Assembly: GCF_000281045.1 (NCBI RefSeq)
Contig: NW_008246070.1
Coordinates: 772,954-836,953 of the forward strand
Direction of reading: 5' to 3'
DNA: 64,000 nucleotides
Source of the DNA: Saprolegnia diclina VS20
Taxonomy: Eukaryota
Shown: one piece after another, positions 44,933 through 56,418 of the stretch
Position numbering within the stretch: the first letter of the stretch is position 1
How the letters are laid out: every line of letters begins with the position of its first letter
Translations under genes and position numbers: made by a program
Notes under the pieces: model-generated
The model's database searches: none
What the model was told of the DNA's origin: nothing
The model's input: only the letters and a program-made list of their open reading frames with translations

Positions 44933-47900
44933 TCACGTCGCCGGTTGTGGAACAGGAAGGAGGTCCGTCGGCGAACCCACAGCGACAACGTCACCGCCGT
45001 CCATGAGCACGACGCGGTCGCAGCGCAGCGCTACCTCTCTGTGCTGCGTCATGACGAGAACGGTGGCGCTAGCGAAGCTCTCGGCGAGCACCCTCTGGAG
45101 CGTGGCCTCGACCTCTGGCGACGCCTCGTCGACCACAAGGATCTTGGCCTGGCGCAAGATGGCACGTGCAAGGCAGAGCAATTGCCGATCGCCAAGCGAG
45201 AAGACGTGGTCGCCGTCCATCGGCGTATCGAGGCCAACGCTTCGAACAGCGCCGGCTAACGACACGCGCTCCAGGGCGGCCCAAACCACCGTGTCGTCGA
45301 GGTAGAGGCTGTCAGGATCGAGGAACCCGCGCACCGTTGCATGCAGCCACGTCGGGTACTGAGGCACGATGGCCAAGGACCTTCGCAGCGATATGACATC
45401 CACATCGGCCACGTCAACGTCGTCGATCAAGACGCGGCCGTCGACGAGTGCATAGAGGCGGAAGAGGACAAACGCGATGCACGACTTGCCAGCGCCGGGA
45501 CGCCCGAAGAACGCAATTTTTTCACCGCCAGCAATAACCAGCGAGACGTCGCTGAGAACGTTCGGGTCGTTGGGCTTGTACGCGAGGGCCACGTGGTCGA
45601 ATGTGATGCGGCCGTTGGGGAACGAATAGGTCGTCGCAGCATCCGCGGGCGATTCGTCTTCGAGCTGCGCTGCGAGGAGAAGCCGGTCGGGCGCGCTCAT
45701 CCACGTTTCAAGGGCCGCTAGCATGTGCACCATGCAGTCCAAGTGCACGGGCAGCGCGAGACTATAAGTAATGAGGAGGCCGATGACCGGTGGGCTGTAC
45801 TGGCCGCGAACGAGCAGGGCACCGAGGAGCAGTGTCGCTTGGAGCCCGGCCGCGAGCAGCTGCAAGTGCAACGACGTCCGAGCATGAACCGCGGTCGCCG
45901 CAAAACGGGCTTGGGCAAATGCCTCGATCTTCTCGTGGTGGAGGTGATAGAACCGCAAAAGCTGCTTGTTGCCGAACGCTCGAATCGTGACGCTGCCTTC
46001 GACGGACGCAGCGACAAGCGTGCTCAGCGGCGCCTGTGTCAGCTGCATCAATCGCTGGAGCTCCCGCACGGGTAAGATCGCGTCGCGCGCGATTTGCCAG
46101 AGAGCAATGGCCCACGGCAGGAGGAGGACGCCGAGCACTTGGAGCAGCGCCGTCGCCGTCAAAAGCGTCCCGCAGAGCGTCGAGGTAAACACGAGGATGG
46201 GCGAGAGCGCATACAGCATATGGACATCGCAAATGTACACGTCGTCACGGAACCGAGTCAGGAGGCGACGAAGCGGGTACGTGTCAAAGAAGGCCAAGGG
46301 CGCCCGCAAAACGCGGTGCAGAAGGTGCTGAAAGAGGCGTGTGGCGGCGGCGCGCGCCAGCACGAGAACGAGGTAGGCTTGGGCACTCACGCAGCACACG
46401 CTTGTGAGCAAAAGGCCGCTGTAGACGACCACTCGTAGCTCGAGCCCGCCGAGTTTGTCACTCAAAGTGTTTAGCTGCCGTGGTAGCCATGTGTCGTCGC
46501 CATTGAACGGCAAGGCCACTTGGGTGAGCCAGAGGTCACTGGCGACGCGGAAGAGCTGCACAAGCAGCACGCATCCGAGCAGCGCGAGGCCTGTGCCGCG
46601 CCGGTGGCGCCAATCCACGTACGCCGCTACGACCGATGACGGCACGCGCCGGTGGGGGCTCCGCAGTCCGTCGTCTTCACTGGATAGCACGAGGCTACGG
46701 CGCACCTGCGTCGCTTCGTCAATGTGGGCGACGCGTTTTTCCTTGGGCGTAAAGACGTAGGCCGCGGACGTGGCTGCGATCGGCGTCAGCTCGACTTGCG
46801 GCACGAGCAGCGGTGGTGACGCCATCGGGCCCGACGGGACTCGCCGCGGCGGCGTCGGTAGTGGCGGCGACGACACAACGTCCAAGTTGGTGTGGTCTTT
46901 CTGGCTCTTCTTGCGCCGAATCGGTGACTTGGGTAGCTTTTCACGGGTGGAGTTGAGTGCGCTCGTGACGCTACCGTCGTCATCGACACAAATGGTGGCA
47001 TCAATGTACTTGGAGCCAATGATCTCGGGGTCGTTCGAGACCAGAAGAAGCGTCTTGTGCAGAAGGACACCGAGAAAGCAATGTCGAAAGATGTGGCCTG
47101 CCACGTTGGCGTCCATGGCCGCGAGGACACTGTCGACGACGTAGATGTCGGCGTCGCTGTAGCACGCGCGGGCGAGGCTGATGCGCGCCTCCTGGGCTGG
47201 CGAGAGCACGACCGTCTTGGCGCTGGGTCCTTGCAGCACGGGCTCGGTGCGATCGCCGAGCGGAAAGGTCAAAAAATCCATATTGAGCGCGCACGCGTCG
47301 ATGACGCGCTGGTACTTGACACGATCGTACGCCTTGCCGAAAAGGATGTTGTCGCGGATGCTCAGAAGGCGCTGGACCCACGGCTTTTGGGCGACGTAGC
47401 CAATCGAGCCACCGAGAAACACCGTTCCCGACGCCTTGTGCATCTCGCCCAAGATCGCCGCGCAGAGCGATGACGTGCCCCGTGCTCCGTGGACTACGAC
47501 AAAGTCGCCGCGCGTGACGCGGAGCCGGACCTTGCTCAAGACACTGGGCGCATCGCGGTGCCAATGAAATGTGCCGTCGTGAATCGCAATGACCGTGTGA
47601 TCTCGTGCGTACTTGGCCGCGTTGCGATCGGCCACCGTGACGACGTTCGTGTCGTCGACTTGCTCGACGAGCAGCACCGACTGCATGCTCTGGAGCGCGC
47701 GCCAGGCGAGGAGAATGGCCTGTACCGTCTCGAGGAAGAGTGCGCACGGTGCCTGCAAAAGATGCACGAGCGCCAGTGTCGGAAAGACCAGCGTCGCAGG
47801 CCAGTGGCCCGGCGAGAGGATCGAATGCGCGACAAAGATCGCCAGGACGATCAAGGCCGGGGCACAGGCCCTATGTATACATCACCGCCGTCAACACATA

Positions 47901-48888
47901 CACACAAAGGCCAACGGACGTACAAGAGGGTACTCGAAAGCCAGAGAAACCGCAGATGCCGCCCGAGCGCGGTTTCTTCGGCGTCGCGAAGACGCAGCAC
48001 GGCTCGCTCGCACGCATGTTCCCAGCCATTCCACTTGACCATTTCCATGTTGGAGAGGACCTTGTGGAGCTCTTTCATGCGAGCGTTGATGTGCTGCGAG
48101 TGCACCGCGCTGTGGGCCGACGCATTATAACACGCTGTCACAAGGCCGTGGAGCAGAAGCAATGCGCACGCGACAGCCATGCCAGCATACAGCGCCGATC
48201 CCATCGTATAGTAGAGCAGACCCATGCCCACAGTAAGGTGAAGTGGCAGCAGCCAGAGCCGGTGCACGAGCAAGGCGATGTCTGCAACTTGCATCACTTC
48301 GGTCGAGAACGTCGTTGGGCTCAGCTCCTGCGCCCAGACAACGTAGCTCGAGTGCATTCCGAGCGCCTTCTCAAAGAGCATGTGCCGGAGCGCCGATGTC
48401 AAGTGGATGCCGACGACCGCGTTTTGAAACACCACGTGCGCCCGCGCAAACGCTTTGACAATGTACGCGAGCACGAGGCTGGCGCCATAGAGCAGTAGTG
48501 TCTGCATCTCGTACGGTGCTGCCAGCGTGCGTAGAATGAGGTAGAGCAGCACGGGCGGCGCGAGGTCCGCAACCATCGCGAGCAGCTTGAGCGCGCCAAT
48601 CAACGCAAAGCGCTTGCCAAAGACGGCAAAGAACGCTCTCACAATGCTCTGGCCATGCACGTGGTACTCGGCGTCAAAGTTGGCGGCCGCCGTGTGCACC
48701 TTGCTGGACGCTTGCAGCGGCCACAAGTCTGCGGGTTCGAGCGGGCGATTGTTGGCGAGTGGCACGAGCGGAGCTGCCCAAGAGAAGAGCAGCTTCGCCG
48801 CCCAGTTGGCAGCCTCCAGCGGGTGCGTTGTCGTCGCCTTCTCGGCGTCGGCAAAGGTCTGGTACTTGGTCGACTGGTGCCCGAGCAT
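44933..48888 (-). CDS. ABCC/MRP-family ABC transporter with degenerate NBD1
   Basis: Lasso HPLEAANWAAKLLFSW..LEPADLWPL, TMD1, NBD1 (YVAQKPW, IRDNILFG, ARISLARA), TMD2 (APLAFFDTYP), NBD2 GRPGAGKS, FSLGDRQLLCLARA, ILVVDEA; 1 intron near 47870-47920. Confidence 0.9.
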
Positions 48889-49043
48889 TCCAAAACTGCG
48901 ACTCCACAAGCACTGACAAAGCGTCGCGCCAAAATTCGAGCATGTGTGAAATTTGCCGACAGCATTTTTTGCATTTTTCACGCGTGAAGAATACGTGGCG
49001 GTTGCGCAGACGTCGTATTTCTAATTTGGTCATCAGTTGCACC

Positions 49044-50457
49044 ATGCTGGCGACGACAAGCGTCGGGTCCACCACAGCCGTGTGCTCGCTCTCAGACCAG
49101 GTCAAGAAGTACAAGGCGCGGTCGATCACAGAGGACCACTACCATCATCATCTGCAGCATGTTGACAGCAGCAACAACAAGCAAGGCAAGCCGCGCCGCG
49201 TCCTCGACAGCCTCGTCATCCTCTGCGTCAAGGTGCTCACGGCGCAGTTCAGCACCAAGGCAAATCCGATGCAAGGCATTCCTGCCAAGTTCCTGCCCGA
49301 AGTGACGCAGCGCCTGCCAATGGACCTGCCGCTCACGGCAACGGCGCCTCATATCCACGATGAGAATTTTTGGAAGCGCTGCTGCTTGCACCATCCGGGC
49401 TGGACCAACCTCCAGATTTCGCTGCATGGCTTGACGTGGAAGCAACTCTACATGGGTGCGTCACCGTATCAGGCTCGATCGCTGCCTTACTATGCACTCT
49501 AGAGCGCACGATCCAAGAGACGCTCGAAGGCTTTGACCCGACGGACGCCTCTACAACGTACGCCGATCTGCTCCAGACGATCAGAGCGTGTGCGCCATAC
49601 ATCTTTTCGCTTGAGATTGACCAGCTCCTCTCGCACATTGACGTCCACGAGGTTTTTCAGTGCCTCCCGAACCTCACCAAGCTCAAGCTCTCGTACGGCG
49701 TCAAGCAGATCGGAATGAAGTACGAGCGCATGCTCTTTGGCATGAAGATCTCGGACGCGACTGCGCTCTCGCATGCGATCAAGGCGACGATCACGCTCTC
49801 GACGCTGCTGTTGCCGAGCAACCTCCTGGACGACGACCTCCTGCGCATGCTCATGACGGGTCTCATCAAGAACGCGACAATCACGACGCTCGACCTCTCG
49901 CACAATAAGCTCACCAACCACGGCGCGAGACTTCTCGCCAAGCTCCTCGTGCCCACTTCGGTACGCTATATCGCTCGGTGCGCGTTTCTTACATGTATAG
50001 TGGCTAGGTCATCTCGAGCTTGAACTTGTGCGACAACCAGATCCACGCCGAGGGCGGGCGGTACCTCGCGCGCGGCCTCAAGTGCAACACGAGTCTCGTC
50101 GAGCTCAATTTGCGCCTGAACCGGCTCACGGACGAAGGCGGGAAGCTGCTTCTCGAAGGGCTCGTGGGCCACCGGTCGCTCACGATGTTGAACTTGAGCA
50201 ACAACGCACTCGGGCGTGAGACCGCCGAAGCGCTCTGCGGCCTCCTCTTGGACCCCGAGTGTCCGCTCACGATCATCGACCTCAGTGGCAACAGCATGAC
50301 CGAAGGCGACGCGACTGCGCTGCACGAAGGGCTCGAGCGCAACCTCAAGGTCGTGACGCTCGACTTGCGCCAGAACGAGATTCCGAAAGACGCAACTGTC
50401 CTTGCGCACATTGCGCAGATCATCCGTCGCAACGAGCTCGACGGGCGTCATGCATGA
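49044..50457 (+). CDS. TCTE1: Dynein regulatory complex subunit 5 (TCTE1-like LRR protein)
   Basis: ARSITED, DENFWKRCC, ISLHGLTWKQLYM/ER, YGVKQIGMKYERMLFG, RNI-type LRRs (LDLSHNKL, LNLCDNQI, LNLRLNRL); 2 introns. Confidence 0.8.
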
Positions 50458-50532
50458 GGCTCCGATCTCGCAGTACCCAAGGAAACCATAAATTGAAAGA
50501 AAAATCGCCGACGCAAAAATGGAGCCTAACAG

Positions 50533-51769
50533 CTACACGCTCTCGTGGTGGTCATCGAGGTGCTCGTGGCTCTCGGACACGATGTGGATGCGCCAGCCGA
50601 CTGGCGACGCGGGCACGATGCGGACGTGGAAGGGGCACGTGGCGTCCTCGGTGCAGACCACTGCGAGCACGCTCCGGCCGTGGACGTCCTGGAAGAGACG
50701 GTTGGTCGCCACCATAACGTTTTGTGCGGCGCACCACTGCAAGACGGCGCCGAGACACTCGGCCTTGCTCGGATACGGTCCGAGCGGAACGGCGACGGCG
50801 TGGTTGTGCACGAGGTTGCCAGGGTACAGCCGCCATTGCTCGTCGTTGGCACTGTAATGGACAAAGACAAACCACGCGCAGTTGCACTGGCACGACAGCA
50901 TGTAGCTCGTTCCAGTCGACGCTGCGGGGTTGAAGACGACCGCAAAGCCGCGCTGTCGGCACCAGTCGTCGATCTCGGTCTCGGCAACGAGCGGGTTCGC
51001 CCACGGGCCCCGCGGCATGGAGCTGTAGAACGAGTAGATGGGCTGTGCATTCGGGTAAAGAACGTGGTGGTTGTGCTGCGACAACGATCGCACAATGCGC
51101 CAGCGCCGGGACGCACAGTCGACTTTCATCTCGATGGTCCACGGGCAGTGCGTCGAGGCAATGCCGCCAAGACCGACCAAAAATGGGGCTTGGCGCGTGC
51201 AGCACTGGAACGTGGTTCCCACGTGCACCTCGGCCATATATTGCTTCCCGACAGCCGTGGCACCGACGCCGTTTGCGATGAGGAACGAGTTGAGCGTCGC
51301 CATGCATTCGTCGTGGTCGACAAACGTCATGTCGAAGATCGAGACGTAGGATCGCTCCTTCCACGCGTCCGTCGTCTTGAACTTCTTGGACGGAGCCCGA
51401 GGGTAGTCCATGACGGATTGCGCTGCGATTGGAACCTACGTGTTGCAGTCGATCATGCATGACCCAACAGGACGATGCTACCACAAGGGGCTCGATCTTG
51501 ACATCGGGTTTCGCGTTGCCATCGACAGTCCGCTTCTTGCTCTTGCCGCTGCTGGTGGTACTGCTAGGTCGTTCGCTAGCGGGGCTCTATGGACAGCCGT
51601 CATTAGAGCGTACAGGACGGGGAATGGCCCGGACATGCGCTGTCGGCTGGGGCGGTAGCACCTGGAGCGCCTGCCGGCGGCTCGAGGCCGTCGCCTTCGG
51701 TCCGATGGGGATCATCGCGTGCATCGCCCGCGCTTCCGGTGGGCAGTTCTCCTTGTCCTGTGTGTCCAT
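50533..51769 (-). CDS. Protein with three FAR1/MuDR (WRKY-GCM1 fold) zinc DNA-binding-like domains; inferred 5' exons carry a KEN box
   Basis: CPWTIEMK..WRIV..HNH, CAWFVFVH..WRLY..HNH, CPFHVRIV..WRIH..HEH. Exons 51769-51614 and 51586-51482 splice in frame to the 51435-50533 exon. Confidence 0.7.
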
Positions 51770-52373
51770 GCTTGCAGTGGTGTCGGCCCGGAAGATCGCA
51801 AAATGGCCGGCTGCCAAAGATCGGCACTCCAGTATTTGATATTCGAAGTATTTGATTTCAGAGGTTTCTCGGTTTTCCCGCCAAGACCGATCGACAATCT
51901 CTCGTATCTTCCGATCTAAAGGTCGCCCACGCATGAATAGGACTCGCAATCAAGCGCTATGATGCGATATTGATAATCAATGGACCAGGGCTGTAGGGTA
52001 GTAATATTACTAGGGTGGAGGTGATACACGGAAAATGTGCGAACGAAAATGGTAGTGGGCCAGGACGGGCGGCGCTGTGTCGTTACAATGAGTCCATTCA
52101 GATGTGAACTACGCGGAAATGGTTGTCGTGGTGCACATATTACGTCCAGCGTCCTGCGACTGAACGACTACGGCAAGGCTTGCGATACTAAAGTTACTGA
52201 ATTATAGTTGCTGTTGACAAGATTGTCCCTTCGCAGTCAGAAAGAATGCAAGTGCGTAATGAACACCTATTACCGCTGTACTCGTACGAAGCGGTGGGTT
52301 GATGCCTGGAGGGAGGCTCTGAGCATTGAATTGTTTGGACATTTTCTATTGTCGACAGAATGTGCTTGTCGTT

Positions 52374-52965
52374 CCGATTTTATCCGGACGGTGTTATCCG
52401 GATAGGATGAGGGCAAGCCGCTCACTCAGCGAGGTGGATCGACCATTGATGTTTTTGACAGAGTTTCGTGTTTCGTTCGATATGCATAGCGCTCGACACA
52501 GGGAGTTCAAAACCAAAGAATGGTCCTCGTAGCGTACCTACAGCGTGCGCTATGCGCCTTCAAGTTGTTGTGAACGGATACTTAGCGAAGTATCAATGTA
52601 TCAGTCGGGATGGAACTTTCCGTGCGCAGCTCACTCGGAACGACCAAGTGCTCGTACCAACTCCCACGCATTCAGGCGTAGCGCTACGTATGCGAAGTCT
52701 TTGTGTCATAATAAAGATAACGCGGAACACGTTCATCTATATATATATATCAATGTATCAATATATCCTTCTCTTACAACCAGCACAGCGCACGCTGTAG
52801 GTACACTACGAGCACCATTCTTTGGTTTTTGAACTCCGTGCGTCAAGCGCTATGCATATCGAACGAAACACGAGACTCTGTCAAAAACATCAAAGGTCGA
52901 CCCATCTCGCTGAGTGAGCGGCTTGCCCTCGTCTTGTCCGGATAATATTGTCTATATAAAGTCGG
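52374..52965. mobile_element. Non-autonomous long-TIR (foldback / MULE-like) DNA element
   Basis: 52374-~52556 is the reverse complement of ~52783-52965 with scattered mismatches; GCTTGTC direct repeat at 52364-52370 and 52966-52972; no coding capacity. Confidence 0.8.
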
Positions 52966-53530
52966 GCTTGTCAGGAGACGCAAAGATGTGGCGAGCGCAT
53001 CGATCGCGGCTTCGTGCCGGGTACGATGGTACTGACGAGAAAACGAATACTCATACACCAAGGCCTTGGGATTCATGGCGCAAACCTCTAGTCTCTGTAT
53101 TGGTTGCGCACTGGTGTAGCAACATGAGAAGCTTCCTGTTCTGCAGTTTGGATGCAGCTGTGCGTTTCATAGTCTAGTCGTAGCACATTTCGGGGATGGA
53201 CAGATCCTAATTGGTCCCGAGAGGGCGAGAGGCTCGCGCATGGTACTTCTACAACATGCTGCCTGTTCAACAACTAGTACGAGGAAGGCCTCGATAAGAT
53301 TTTGCAGGTCGCGAATGACGTGGCAGCGCCCCGCACTTCCACTTTGGCCGTACTCCAACACAACATACGTGCGATCAATGGTCTCTTCTAAATTATCTGC
53401 CGCAGCCCTCGGGTTGACCAACACTAGTTAGCGCCTCCGCATGGAAAGGTTTGTGTGCAAAAGGCTCGACCGCAGCTTTTACCTCGGAAAAAAGCAAGTG
53501 ACGTCATTTACATTCGAGAACTGTTCTAGC

Positions 53531-54574
53531 ATGCTGATGACGACGACGCCCACCCCGATGCTTGGCTTCCTTGCGCTCTATATTCCGCGCACGAGTGCCA
53601 AATCCCAGCGCTACCTCGCCGCTGGCGTCCTCATGGCCATGCTCATCCGCACCCTCGGGATGCGCCGCGTGCTTCTCGGCCTCCGCCCTTTTGCCTACAA
53701 GCTCTTGACAGCTGCCAAGGCAGCGTACGACACCCAGCTTCGTCCGTTGCCTGACAATGTCGAGACCATCACGGCGCTCCAGACGACAGTCGCCACCCAA
53801 GACACGACCATTGCCCACCTCACGACCAACGTCGCCGACCTCCACGAAGCCGCGCGGGTCCAGCGCGTCACTGCTACCGAGATCAGCGCCGACCTCAAGA
53901 TCCAAGTACACAATTTGAAGATTCGACTCCACCGCACGACCGAACGCGCGGCCCAAAGCACCAAGGCGCTGCACACCGTCATTGCCTCCAAAGACGCAAC
54001 GCTTACCGCCAGAGACAATACGATCACCGAGCTCCGAGCCCAAGTCGCTGCGCTGCACGAAGCCGCTCGGGTCCAGCGTGTGACGGCTACAACCATCAGC
54101 GCCGACCTCAAGGTCGCATGGCACAATACCAAGATCCAGCTGCACCGCACCGAGGAGCGCGCGCAGCGCGACCTGACCGAGCTCCGCACCGCGTTCAGCA
54201 CGCTACAGCAAGGGCACCGCGCACTTGACATAGCAGCGGCCTCGGCCGCCGCCGCGTCCAAAATACGACTGACGCACGCCCAACAAGGCAACGCGACTAT
54301 CACGGGTCTCGCTACAGCGGCCATTGCAACACTCGCCAACTGTCGACGACAGTACAAGATGGAGATGGAGGTGGCCGCATCGGCCGCCAAACACATCAAG
54401 ATTCAGCTATTTCAGTGCAAGCGGGTCCTAGCAGCGTGCGCCCAAGAGGTCATCTCGGCTCAGTGCGCACTGCGTGACATGACTGCCGAGCGCGACAAGG
54501 CAGTCGCCTTCAATGAGCAACTCGCCCCCCGAGCTACGAATCCGGACGCCAGAGACCGCTCTCGATTTCGCTGA
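53531..54574 (+). CDS. Intronless coiled-coil protein with N-terminal hydrophobic segment and a 71-aa internal duplication
   Basis: LHEAARVQRVTAT.ISADLK...HN.KI.LHRT.ERA occurs twice (53840, 54053); heptad pattern; Inr-like GTCATTT about 25 nt upstream. Confidence 0.6.
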   Translation: MLMTTTPTPMLGFLALYIPRTSAKSQRYLAAGVLMAMLIRTLGMRRVLLGLRPFAYKLLTAAKAAYDTQLRPLPDNVETITALQTTVATQDTTIAHLTTNVADLHEAARVQRVTATEISADLKIQVHNLKIRLHRTTERAAQSTKALHTVIASKDATLTARDNTITELRAQVAALHEAARVQRVTATTISADLKVAWHNTKIQLHRTEERAQRDLTELRTAFSTLQQGHRALDIAAASAAAASKIRLTHAQQGNATITGLATAAIATLANCRRQYKMEMEVAASAAKHIKIQLFQCKRVLAACAQEVISAQCALRDMTAERDKAVAFNEQLAPRATNPDARDRSRFR

Positions 54575-54921
54575 CGCAAGCCACGAAGCCGTAGCCCACG
54601 CGGTGGCAACAAGAGGTCTTGGAATATAACACGCATGAGCGACCTACTAGCAACTTTCTATCTACACTATCTGTCTACACGATTTCTTCTTTTTCGACTT
54701 CCTAACCCGCACTCGACTAGTGGTTTCGTTAGGTCGTTGGGAGTCGTCGACAAGGTTATAGTGTTTTGTACAGGTTGGAAGACAATCGCATAGCGCACCG
54801 TGGCACGCGGCAATCGTCGGCCCTTGCATCCAGCGATTGCCGCCATATTACATATTGAATATCGAGATTGTAATATTGAATATATATTGGATATTCAACC
54901 TATTTCATATTGATCCGAGAG

Positions 54922-55403
54922 ATGACCGAAGACGAGCGCTACATGCGCCTTGCGATCGCCGAAGCACACCGGTCGCCGCCGGTTGACAGTGCGTTCTGCG
55001 TCGGCTGCGTCGTCACCAAGGACGGCCGCGTCCTCGCGACAGGTTTTTCGAGGGAGTTGCCCGGCAACACGCATGCGGTGCGCCGTTGATCCCTGGCCCT
55101 TCGCCACCTCATGGCATCTGGTAGGAGCAATGCGCGCTGCTCAAGCTGCAAATGCAGGCGAATGGATCGACGCTCTACACGACGATGGAGCCATGCAGCG
55201 TGCGCCTCTCGGGTAACAAGCCGTGCGTTGAGAGCTGCATCGAGGCCGGCGTCGCCCGCGTCGTCGTCGGCGCCATGGAGCCCAGCACGTTCGTAACATG
55301 CACAGGCGTCCAGCTTCTGCGCGACCACGGGATACAAGTCGACCTTCTCACGGGTCTCGAGGCCGACTGCTTGGCCCCGAACCGCCACCTCGATTTAGCC
55401 TAG
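54922..55403 (+). CDS. Stand-alone zinc-dependent CMP/dCMP-type deaminase (RIB2/RibD deaminase-like)
   Basis: Spliced MTEDERYMRLAIAEA..SAFCVGCVV..ATGFSRELPGNTHA/EQCAL..LYTTMEPCSVRLSGNKPC: HAE and PC..C zinc ligands intact; one intron splits HAE. Confidence 0.85.
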
Positions 55404-55432
55404 CGTTTCTAAACGGCCAGAGCCAAATTAAC

Positions 55433-56389
55433 ATGGAAGAAGTCAACCAAGAGACGAGCGACGGCGGCGTCGTGCACGCCCACGTCCAGTTCGCCGAGGC
55501 CGCGGCCAATGGCTCCAAGACCATGGTGCGCTTCCATGTCTATCGATCCTCGTCCTCATCTTGCGCTTCTGCAGGTCGAATTCCTCCTCGACAATGGCGC
55601 CGACATTGATGCGCCTGGCCGTGGTATACGACGCTCCCATGCTTCTCGATGCTGATATCGATGTAGATGGAACGACGCCGCTCTGCGCCGCAGCGCTCTG
55701 GGGCAACGAAGCAATGGTCAAGTTCCTGCTTTCGCGCGGCGCCCGCGTCTCGGCCCGCAACGACGGTACCAGGCCCTTGAATATGGATGAGATATATCCA
55801 TATCTAGGCACGGCGTGGACGGCGCTGCACGCAGCGGCATTCCAAGAGCACGGCAAGGTCGTACGTATCCTCCTCGACGCGGACGCCGACCCGTACGCTC
55901 GCGACGCTGAGGGCCGGACGCCCACCGACTATGCGAGCATCTCGGAGGCGATCTGGGCCTTCTTTGCAGGTAGCTCTCGCTTGATATTGAGTATCCGCTT
56001 GACATATTGATATTTCCAGCGCGCGGGTGCGAGAAGAGCCTCAAGTCGGACCTTGTCGGAAAAGGAATCATCCGCAAGGTCGCGCCGGACCAGCCCGAGC
56101 TCGGCAACGACAACGTACACCTCCGTCTCCATGGCAGGCGGCATGGACGCACGCACTCGAGTAGATTCCCGAGTTCTCCCGGCCAGGGTCGTCGTACCAG
56201 CGCACCCAGTTCAACCCGCTCCAGTCCAGCAAGCCCAAGGTACATTCTTCTCCATCCCAGCACATCTTAAACAGCAAGTTCATCCAGTCGCGCGACGGGC
56301 GCTCCAACAGCTTTGTGGATCCGCTGGGGTCGTCCAAGCTGCCGCCGCCGACCGCGCGGCGTCCGTCGCTCCACGGCTTTGCACTATAA
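55433..56389 (+). CDS. Ankyrin-repeat protein
   Basis: AAANG..VEFLLDNGADID, GTTPLCAAALWGN..VKFLLSRGA, WTALHAAAFQEHGKVVRILLDADAD, GRTP; several short introns. Confidence 0.85.
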
Positions 56390-56418
56390 GACAACCAAGA
56401 AACGACGCATGCCTCGTC

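Noticed and set aside
52970..53430. Broken coding-like frames between the TIR element and the coiled-coil gene
   Set aside because: Multiple stops and no recognisable motif; cannot support a named pseudogene
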